From Lama guanicoe (taxonomy: Eukaryota), in contig MU053365.1 in NCBI GenBank assembly GCA_013239625.1, positions 1,460,115-1,524,114 on the forward strand: a stretch of DNA of 64,000 nt. Reading direction: 5' to 3'. The notes under the pieces are model-generated. The model made no database searches and was not told the DNA's origin. It was given only the letters and a program-made list of their open reading frames with translations. The position numbers and the translations under genes are program-made. Positions within the stretch are counted from its first letter, which is position 1, and every line of letters starts with the position of its first letter. Below, in pieces: positions 54,133 to 64,000 of the stretch.

Positions 54133-55446
54133 AATTTTCCAGCTTTATTGAGCTATAACTGACATATAACATTGTATAAGTTTAACGTGTATACCGTGGT
54201 GACTTGATATATATTGTGGAATGATTACCACGATAAGGTTAGTTAACACCTCCATCACTTCACATAGTTAACCATTTGTATGTGTTGTGAGTTCTTTCAA
54301 GATTTACTCTCTCAGCAACTTTCAAGTATACAACAGTGTTGTTACCTATTGTCATCATGCTGTTCATTTGATCACCGGAACTGATTCATCTTAAAACTGG
54401 AAGTTTGTACCCTTTGACCAATCTCTCCCCTTTTCCTCCACCCTACAGCCCCTGGTAACCACTATTGTTCTCACTGTTCCTATGGGTTCAGCTTTTTCTT
54501 GATTTCACATATAAGTGAAATCACATAGTATTTGTCTTTCTCTGCCTGACTTCTTCACTTAGCATAATGCCATCAAGATTCATCCATGTTGTCACAAATG
54601 GCGGAATTTCCTTCTTTCTCATGGCTGAATAATATTCCACATCTTTATCCACTCATGTGTAGATTGCCATTTAGGCTGAGGTGTGTGGAATGCCGAGGGT
54701 GCCAGCCAGTTGGCAGTATCTGAGGACGAGGTGTTCCTAGTGGCTTGTGGGTAGGCTTCTTGATGGAAACCATGATGCAGTTAGTAGGATCCGCTTCCCT
54801 TTAATGCCCTCCAAGACGCCTATCTACCACTCTCTCACCCTCTTTCCAACTCTAGTCATGCAGCTCAGGGTTCATACTCTGGATGGGGTGAGAGAGAAAT
54901 GGGCCTCTTTGTCACCATCCCACACAGCTGTGGAAGCCAGATGCTAACTCACATGCTCTCACTTTTCTCCTTGGGAAAAATCACAGCTGAAAAGATTTCT
55001 CTGCACTAAGCTGTGCTGTCTTGGGAGAGGAGTGGTGCAATTCAAGTCATGCTGTTCCTCTTACCCATGCCAGTGCATCCAAACTCAGATATTTTTTGCT
55101 TCAACGATGTGCTACACCTTCTCCTCCGGGAACCTTGACTTCCACAGAGACTCTCTCATCTGTGAGTGATTACCCAAGACAGTGTTCTCCAGGGGCTCCC
55201 GTACCATGACCAAGAGGGGCTGAAGCTGGTTCCTGAGCCACTAAAGGGTCCCCAGCCACGACCGAGGTCTGTATACCTATTACCCAATGAGTAGGTGGGC
55301 AAGACTCCTCTTGGCTCCCTTGGTGTATGGTGCTGGATCCCACATCTCCCACAAAGGCACTTTTGTTCATGGAGGTGCTGAATTGTTGTTGAGGAGGGAT
55401 ACGAATGAGGAACGTCTTGTTCAGCCATATTGCTGACATCACTCTG
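54133..55446 (-). mobile_element. L1MA9-like L1: 5' UTR fused directly to the 3' end, TSD-flanked
   Basis: 3' end 54133-54678; 5' UTR 54676-55445 starting 'agagtgatgtcagcaatatggc' on minus; TSD gaatctccatt at 54122-54132 and 55447-55457. Confidence 0.8.
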
Positions 55447-56624
55447 GAATCTCCATTCTTAAATTAGAAGGATAGCTTAAATCCTTCTCCTTTTGGAGAA
55501 GGATTAGGCATCTACAATTGTCCCAAGTCACTGCTCGAATGTTTCCCTCAGTTTTGAAAGCGTATACCCAGAGCAACTTGATTTACCTGGGGTTGTTTCT
55601 TATTTCACCATGAAAATCAATATAGTTCCCCTCTGTGTGAGCCAAGAATCCCAGGGTGGTGGGAGAAAAAAGATGAGCTAGAGAATTATTACTGAGTTGG
55701 ATGCATGAGTAAAAGTGTCTTGTTCTGCATTCTGCTTCCACTGGTCAGTGAGTAGTAGCTGGGTACTCTTTGCTTCTTCTACCATTTTAATTGCATGTAC
55801 TCTTCCCAACCCATACTACTTCTGGGTTGTTAACCTGATTGGTGAACTCACAGCCTTCTACTGATAACTTTGTATAATTTCAAATAAGTAAAATTAATAT
55901 AGAATAGGAAGGCTTGGAATTATTGGGGGAAAATTTATTTCTTCCATAAACTTTAGAGATTATACAGAAAGTTAGAAGTCATGCAGAATGTTGAGAAGAA
56001 CTGAAGGAGAAAGGCAAGTATGCAAGTATATGAATATACAATGTCTGCTTCCAAGAAAGATGCAAGGCAACATGCATTGAAGTTTGAATTTTTCTAAGAG
56101 AAGAGATCTTATCTTCGGATAAAATACATAAACCAAGTGGTAAAAGTAAGGGAATGTATTATATTAAAAACCGTGTCTGAGGATAGCTCTCATGAAACTC
56201 AGATCTAAACTCCTTAACATCTACAACCAATAGGGGAACATACATCATGTAGTTATCCTTGTTTTAGTGTAAGTATGCGAGTTAATTAGGTAAAATAAAT
56301 ATTTTTCTTTCCACAAACTCTAGGACGATTTTGTCAAGAGGGACTCTAGGAGGCATGTTGGTAGTGACTATCCTTGATGGCATTCCCCTGTGCAGGGATG
56401 CACAGGATGCTTAAGACATCCAGGGGCAAAGACATTTTGCAGTGCTATAAAGGTGGCTTTTTGGTACCAGAGGGATGTGACCTAGGTATGGTTAAATATG
56501 CAAACAAAAAAAAAAGTACCTTTCTAAAGAATTATCTACTTCTAAGGGCTTATATTACTTTTTTCTAGTATAGCAGCCAACCAACAACTAACCATTTCAT
56601 CAATTGATAATTATGCTAAATAGG

Positions 56625-57021
56625 GCTGAGATTAGAATATCCTCAGCTGCTGTAATGAGTATACACCCAAATGTATAGTGCCCTGATCAAAATACAGATT
56701 TATTTCCTGCTCATTTAAAAGTGTAAATGGATGTTTCTGGTTGGGGGGGAGGTTGGTTCTCCTGCAGTCTATCAGTGGCCCAGGCTTTGCCATCATCGTA
56801 CTTGGCCTCCTTGGTCTCCATGGTAATCTCCATCCAAATCAGCTGGAAGGGGGAAAGAGCATGAAAACTCTTGAGAGAGTCTAAGGAAGGAGGGATTAAT
56901 ATGGCACACATTAGTTACTCTCACATTTTGTTGGCTAGAACTCATTCATATAACCACACTTGATGCAATGAGGCTAGGAAATGTAGTCTACCAACATGTG
57001 ACTTGCTAACCGTCTCTACCA
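56625..57021 (-). mobile_element. Old MLT1 (I/J/K-like) LTR
   Basis: 'cacattttgttggctagaactc', 'gaggctaggaaatgtagtct'. Confidence 0.75.
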
Positions 57022-57504
57022 TGTTTGCCATTCTGGCTAAAATACTCCTTTGTATCCTTCTCACACATAGCACACATTTGGGGTGTCTCTCTTAAAGAGA
57101 GATCTCATGCAGTCACTAAGTCTAGCTGAATCAGATCTTGACATGGTTCCTTATGTTCTGACTACCTGTGACCTAAAAAGACAAGCTGAATCATTAGTAC
57201 CTCCACCTCACTGTGCCCAGTATAGAATGCTGTAATAGGGAAGGGTGAGCACAGTAAGAAATCCCATTCAGAAAGGGAAAATTGGGAAGCACACAGCAAT
57301 CACTGATGCAGAGCAGTGATGGAATTCTGCTGGGTAGGCACTGTGAGATCTCCCTGCCATGACAGTGAAGAAAGTTCCGTGATAAGCCCCTAATTCTGTT
57401 TCTCAGAGGAATTCCTTCTTTCTGTTATTCTCAGTGGCCGCTGGCTATACATTCTGAGATGTTCTTTCTTGTTAATTATTCTTCATTACCACATCTGAAG
57501 TGGG

Positions 57505-58419
57505 TGAGAAAGTAATGAACAGCCCTGACAGCTGACAGCTGGTAACAGGCCTGGCAACTAAATTTAGGCCATGTTGTTTACTGCTAAATAGCTAGGCCAT
57601 GGTGTTCCCTGCTGAAACAAACAATTCCATACAATATCAACAATATTTGAAAAGAGATCACTCCATGACCTTGATGGAGTAAGAGAAAAAATAAGACCAC
57701 TGAGTAATCAGGACTAAACACAGACCAAAAGCAAGAACACTACACAACCACAAAAAATAACTGAAGTCCTCCCATTACTGGTAACATAACTGCTTTACCA
57801 ATGGCAGCTCTAGCCCCAGATCGTTCCTTCTACTTCCTAGATAAAATTTAACAACACTAAATTGCAGAATTATCCTTGTTTCCTGATAGCATTCAATCCA
57901 GAACAGATCCCCATTTCTTTAAATTCTCCCTAAAATTACACAGCACAAGCCTAAATACTCCATGTGCTAAATACTGAATTATACACCCCCCCAAAAAAAA
58001 TCTTATTTTGCAGTCCTAACCTCCAGGACCCCAGAATGTAGCCATATTTGGAGATCCTGTATTAAAGAGGTGATTAATTTAAAACGAGATCTTTACAGTG
58101 GGCGTCAATCTAACCTGACTGGTATCCTTATAAAAAGAGAAGAATAGGACTCAGACGCCAGGAGTGGGGGCACAGCCACCTGCAGTTCAAGGAGAAACCA
58201 AACCTGTCAAAACCTACATCTCAGAACTGGGAGAAAATAAATTTCTGTGAAGCCACCCAGTCTGTGGTATTTGTTCTGGTAGCCCTAGCAAACTCGCAAC
58301 CCCTCCTAACTCTCCCTGTTGAGGCACCTGTGATTCGTCGTGCTGTGGGTCTTCCTTGCTGCAGCAAGTTAGAAAACCTAATTTTGACTACAGGAGTTTT
58401 CCCTCGTGCTCTTCGGTAC
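57505..58419 (+). mobile_element. MER67-like ERV1 solo LTR (interrupted by MLT1A)
   Basis: 'cactccatgaccttgatgga', 'ctttaccaat', 'ttcctgatagcattcaatccaga'; candidate 4 bp TSD tggg at 57501-57504 and 58420-58423. Confidence 0.7.
57963..58298 (+). mobile_element. MLT1A/B-like MaLR solo LTR
   Basis: 'gtcctaacctccaggaccccagaatgt', 'aaataaatttctgtgaagccacccagtctgtggtatttgtt', TG...CA termini. Confidence 0.85.
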
Positions 58420-59419
58420 TGGGTACTCTTTGGTACTTTATTGTGAATGTGGAGGAGACATTTTCTCTTTGAGAAATGTATGGATTCTGAAGTATGCTTT
58501 TTCCTGGTCCCAATTTGGGGGTCAAGAATTTTTTTTTTTACAGAATATATATACATATATATATACACACACATATATATATATACAGCTTTGGAAATTA
58601 TTACTGAAAAAAAAATAGGTTTCTATTTGCTCACAGGCAGTTCAGTGTGCCAATAATTATATCCAAAGTTCTTTCTTAGACATTGTTAAGTCTCCTCTGT
58701 TTCCTAGTTTCCTTACTTGATGTCTCTCTCTCTTAATTTAATGCTGCTACCTTGAGATCACCTGAGATTATAGGTTTGTAGGAAGGTAAAACCCTGAAAC
58801 TTAGTCCCTTTGTTTAACTGCTAAGTCTTAATGGGTATTTGTTGGCCAAAGCCTTTGTCAGTCTTATTTCATATTTTGGGGGTTCCAAAAGCAGTCACTC
58901 TTTCTAATCACATGGAAGATCCAAATTTCTGGACTCTATTGTTCTTTTTCATTTCTACTTGCAAGCCTAAATATTCATTCCTGATCTCTTATTTTTCTTG
59001 TAATACTTAATTCAACATATCGAGTTATCATCACCTTGCTAAACATAAGAAGTAACCATCAACACGTACTAACACTCTGGCTTTTTCAAAACATTTTCTC
59101 CAAGAGCTACCAGTTCATTAGGTACTGGTCTGCATTCCAAGCTGTCATAGGTAATACTTTTACCAAGTGTTTTGTTATGGAATCACCCAGCTTTTCAATT
59201 TTTTAGCTTCTGATATCTATTTCTTTACTACTTTTGCCAGCTGTCTGCTCACTAATGCAATACCATGTATTTTAAGATTTTGTTATGGTAAAACTCTACT
59301 CCAAGATACCAAATTCTCTATTTCAATAACAATAGTATATAAATAGTATATGAAAGTTTGTAGGAAATAACAGTTTAACAGAAACCAAAGTTGGTCTTTC
59401 CTGCTATTGTGCGGTTTCT

Positions 59420-60150
59420 TTTTACCTATGAATGTAACTCTAGAATTTCAACATGTTTCAAACTAATTTCGACAGCTCTTACCCTGGCCTCTTTTTAATC
59501 AAGTGCTACCCAACTCAGTAAATGACCCTACCATCTACCAAGTTCCTCAAGCCAGAAACCCCTCTTTCCTAGTTCTGCACCTTGCACAAAGCTCTAAATG
59601 ACTTTTGAATCTGCCCCTCTTTGTCATCTATACTCTCATTTCTCTGGTTTAGATTCTCCTAATCTCTCACTGGAATATGCACTAGACCTCTAAATGACCT
59701 CACTTCTTACATCCTTTCACCCTTCCAATTAATTCTACACTCAATACAATTGTATTATCCTTAATATGTCACTTTCTTCTCTTCAAAACTCTTCAGTGGC
59801 TTTCTATCACCCTTGCAGTACAACCTAGACTCCTGACGGTGGCCAACAAGGCCCTTAATCATTTGACCCCTTCCCACTGCCCTCACCTTGCCTCCCCCAG
59901 CTCCTCTCATTCCTTTTACTCAATTCACAATGATCTCTCATTTCCTTGCAATGTAGGCTATCCTCCCTCTCATCTGTGAACCTTTGCAATGTTGCCTTTT
60001 CCTCCTAGAACACCCTTTATTGTAACTGCTTTCTTTTACTTGACTACAATTCATATTTTGGGCCTTGATTTAAATAACTCATTTTCTCTTAACCTACTAA
60101 TCCCATAGAAAATTCTGAGTTAGACATCTCTCCTATGTGCTCCCTTATTA
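59420..60150 (+). mobile_element. L2 fragment
   Basis: 'ctcagtaaatgaccctaccatctaccaagttcctcaagccagaaacc', 'ttcaaaactcttcagtggcttt'. Confidence 0.75.
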
Positions 60151-60248
60151 TTCAATTCCAGTGGTGAGGAAAATAGACATGGTATTTGCCCTCATAGAGA
60201 CGAAAACAAGTGAATACACAAGTAAAACTGTATTGGCTTGAAAATATA

Positions 60249-60329
60249 TATTGGGTTGAATCACATGGAATTGTTGATATTTGACCATTTTTGACCTATA
60301 AAAATGGCAATTTCACATAATTCGCCCAA
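60249..60329. mobile_element. MADE2-like 80 bp mariner MITE
   Basis: Palindromic: 'ttgggttgaatcacatggaattg...tttgacctataaaaatggcaatttcacataattcgcccaa'. Confidence 0.8.
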
Positions 60330-60675
60330 GGAATTTTAAAAAATTGCCAAGTAGTAAAAGAATACATGAAAAGGAAAAACATAGGAAGGGTGAGGTGACT
60401 CCTTCAGATCAAGAAAAACCTCCTGAGGAAGTAATATTTGAGCTGAGAATAATCAAGTAGACCCAGCAATGGTAGGTTGAAGGATACATTTTCTAGATAC
60501 AGGAAGTGCTCATTGTGCGGTAAGAATGATTTTCTGTCTCAATTGTTTCTTTCACTAAATGGTAAGCATTACAGTGACAGTCTTATTCACTTTTGTGAAA
60601 CAGGAGATAAGTAATTAAAACTTGAGTTAGTGAATAAAGGAGTGCATGAACAGTGCATGAATAGGTGGGTGAGCA

Positions 60676-61740
60676 TCTTTATGATCATTACTTTGAATTC
60701 TATTGGGTAGAGTGATTATCCATTTTCATTTGGTTCTTTTTCTTAAGTGTTGTCTTGTTCCTTTGTTTGGAACACCTTCCTCTGTGTCCTCATTTTGCCC
60801 AATTCTGTATATTTATTTCTTTGTATAAGGTAGGCTGGTTATATCGCATGATCTTGGAGAAGTGATCTTGTGTAAGAGACATCCTGTGGGGCCCAGCAGC
60901 ATGCTACCTTGTGGCCACCAGAATTAGATAATCCAGGGATGTTCCCTGTGTGGGATATGTGCATACTTTTCTTGTGCCTGGCCCAGCTGCTGTGGGTACA
61001 CTGGTAGGTGGGGTTGGCCCCCGGTCCAGCTAGCTGTGAGGGCCTCCCTTGTGCATTTTCTGCAGGCCCGTTTGTGGGTAGGGCACACTTCCTGCATAGT
61101 TGGCTGTGTGGCCTGGTGGGACATGACTGTTGTGGCCCCGTATAGGCCGGGCAGGCTTACTCTGTGGCCTAGTGCTCTGTGACTACTGTAAGTCCACTGT
61201 TTGGTGGCCCCCACCTCTACTAATAGGCTAGAGGGAGGATTCCAGTGTGGAGATTCTAAAAATGGCTGCCATCATTGTCTCAGTTGCCAGGGGAGTCCCA
61301 GCTGCCTTTTGCCTCTCGGGGAGGCTCTTCAGGATCAGCAAGTAGATTTGACCCAGGAATCATTCAAACTCCTGAGCTGAGACTCTGAGCATGTGAGATT
61401 TTTTGCATGCCCCTTTAGAGTGGAGTCTCTGTTTCTCATAGTCTTCCATCTCTCCCAAATGCAAGTCCTGCTGGTTTTCAAAGATGGACATCACACAGTT
61501 ATGTGATCCCTCTTGTTTGTGGGTCACCAACCTAGAATTGTGGGTCCTGACTAGACTACATCTCTGGCCTCCTAACTGTCTTATTGTGGCTCCTTGTTTA
61601 TATCTTTAGTTGTGAAAAATATGTTTTTCTAGTGTTAAGGACATTCTCATATATAACTTCCTCTGTAAGCGGTTGTAATTTTGGTGTGCCTATGGGAGAA
61701 AGTGAGTTCGGGATCCTTGTACTCTGCCTTCTTGGCCCCC
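60676..61740 (-). mobile_element. L1 5' UTR and ORF1 start (3' part lost)
   Basis: Minus strand begins 'gggggccaagaaggcagagtacaagg', a degenerate L1 5' terminus; ORF1-like 'gaattcaaagtaatgatcataaagatgctca'. Confidence 0.7.
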
Positions 61741-62550
61741 TTTCTTTGTGCAGATGTTTTTCAGTTTGATATAGTCCCACTTATTGATTTTTACTTATGT
61801 TGCTTGTGCTTTTGGTGTCATATACAGAAAATCATTGCCAAGACCAATGTCAGTGAGCTTACTGCCTGTGTTTTCTTTTAGAAGTTTTATGGTTTCAGGT
61901 CTTATATTGAATTGAAGTCCTTAATCGATTTTGAGTTAATTTTTGTGAGCGGTGTAATAGAGTTCCAATTTCAATTTTTTTGCATGTTATTATCCAGTTT
62001 TATTGGTAACATTTATTGAAGAGACTATCCTCATTGAGTATTCCTGGATTCCTTGTCTAGTATTAGCTGTTCATATATGCATGGGTTTATTTCTTGGTTC
62101 TTGATTCTGTTCAGTTGGTTTGTGTATTTTTGCCAGTACCATTCAGTTGTGTTTTTGTACAATAACTGTGAACTATCTGAAAAAGAAAGAAAGAAAACTA
62201 TCCCATTTATAATAGCATCAAAAACAATAAAACACTTAGTTATAAATTAACCAAGGAAGTGAAAGATCTATACACCAAAAACTATAAGACATTGATGAAA
62301 TAAATTGAAGAAGATACAAATAAATGGGAAGATATTCCATGTTTATGAACTGGAAGAGTTAATATTGTTAAAATGTCCATACTACCCAAAGCCATCTACA
62401 GAGTCATTGCAATCCCTATCAAAATTTCAGTGGAAAAACAAAAGACCCCAAATAACCAAAGCAATATTGAGAAAGAACAAAACTGGAAGCATCACACTTC
62501 CTGATTTCAAAGTATGTTATAAAGCTGTAGTAGTCAAAACAGTACTGGCA
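61741..62550 (-). mobile_element. L1 ORF2 fragment with an inverted 5' segment (62143-62550 on plus)
   Basis: Plus segment encodes [34 protein letters not shown]; both segments end at the same 'gtactggca' ORF2 position. Confidence 0.8.
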
Positions 62551-64000
62551 ATATTCCTTTGTGTACATATAGCACAATTTGTTTATCCATTCACCAGTTG
62601 GTTGGCGTTTGGATTGTTTCCAGATTTTAGGTATTATGAATAATGCTATTATGAGCATATAACATATTTGTATAAGTCATTATATGAAAATGTATTTTAA
62701 TTTCTCTTGGGTAGATACCTAGGAGTAGATTTCCTGTCATAAAATAAGTGTATGCTAAACTTTGTAATAAACAGCCAAACTGTTTCCCAAAGTGTCTGTG
62801 ACCATTCTACATTCCCACCAGCAATGTGTAAGGAATCCTGTTTCTGCATACCTTCACCAAAATTTGATGTTTTTAGTCTTTTTTAATTTATCCATACTAG
62901 TGGGCATATAGTGATAGCACACAGTGTCATTAATTTGTATTTCCCTATTGACTAATACTTTTGAGCATCTATACAAGTACTTATTTGCTATTTGTATATC
63001 TTCTTTTCTAAAGTGTCCATTCAAGTGTTTTGTTCAGCCTCTTTTTGGACTGTTTGACTTATTAGCGAGTTATAAGAATCCTCTATATATTGTGGATACA
63101 AGTCCTTTACCACATACGTGTTTTGCAAATATTTTACCATGAACTTTGGCTTGTATTTTCATTTTAAAAGGACTGTGTTTTGAAGAGCTGAAGTTTTACT
63201 TCTGATAAAGTCCAATTTATCAAATTTTTTCTTTTATTTTTGCTTTTTGAATCTTATTTAATAATTGTGTCATTCAAAATCACATTTTACTCTAGTGTTC
63301 CTTCTAGTAAATGTATAGTTTTAGCTCTTACATTTAAGTTTTTTATCTCTTGTTAAATTTTTTCTTATGATGTGAGGAGATACTTGTGATTTATATTGAT
63401 TTTCTGTTTATCTTTGTCTTTCAGGAGTTTGAGTCGTATGATGTTTCTAGTTGTGATTCTCTTTATGAATATTTTATAGAGGGTTCATTAAACCTCACAG
63501 ATACTTAAGTTGATGGGTTTTTTAAAAGTAAAATTTAGGAGTTTTGGCTATTATTTCTTCAAATATCTTTATGCAAATCCCCCTTTTTTCCTTTTGGGAC
63601 ACCCATTACACATAGGTGGCATGCTTTACATTGTCTCATATAACTCTGATGCTCTGTTCATTTTTCTTTTGGCTTTTAAAGATATTTTAAAAATAGGATA
63701 ATTTTCTTGACCTATCTTCAAGTTTACTGTATTTATTTTGCAGTGTCAAATCTGCTGTTGAACCCAAGTAGTGACTCTTTCATGTAAGTCATTGTACTTT
63801 TAAAATCTTGAATTTCCGTTTTGTCCTTTTTTTTTATAGTTTTAATTGCTCTGTTGTAATTCCCAATTTTAAACTCACTGATAGCCCATTATCCCTTAGA
63901 TATTTACATATGTTCCCTTCAGTTCTTTGCACATGTTTATAATAGTTGTTTTGAGGTTATTGCTAAATCCAATATCTAAGTGCAGCTTGTTATACTGACT
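62551..64000 (-). mobile_element. Old L1M fragments (ORF2 3' region, then ORF1-like)
   Basis: 'accattctacattcccaccagcaatgtg', 'ttggctattatttcttcaaatat', 'gacctatcttcaagtttactg'. Confidence 0.8.

Larger units (their letters stand above)
57022..59317 (-). mobile_element. MaLR internal region (interrupted 57505-58419)
   Basis: Adjoins the LTR; far end reads on minus 'agaatttggtatcttggagtagagttttaccataacaaaatcttaaaatacatgg', typical of a MaLR internal start. Confidence 0.65.

Overview
Mammalian non-coding genomic DNA made largely of recognisable interspersed repeats: L1, L2, L3/CR1, MIR, MaLR/ERVL/ERV1 LTRs and hAT/TcMar MITEs. A young lineage-specific L1 3' UTR occurs four times and I saw no Alu, B1, Bov-A/BovB, PRE-1, CHR or Can-SINE, which suggests a camelid (inference from recall, no search run). 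I cannot support any cellular protein-coding gene, RNA gene or CRISPR array. The only recognisable ORFs are broken L1 ORF2 pieces, and a few exon-shaped segments are listed at low confidence. Most L1s and LTRs lie on the minus strand, which hints at an intron of a plus-strand transcript. I found no evidence for a new biological system. The best observations are mechanistic fossils: a TSD-flanked 1.3 kb L1 whose 5' UTR is fused to its 3' end at a CAG (possibly a spliced retrotransposed L1), four L1s with twin-priming 5' inversions (two under 30 bp), an old ~270 bp local templated duplication inside an L2, a three-level nested LTR stack, an inverted pair of Tigger2 MITEs, and an N-gap that is probably an artefact. 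Repeat names come from recall of consensus sequences and the boundaries of old repeats are approximate.
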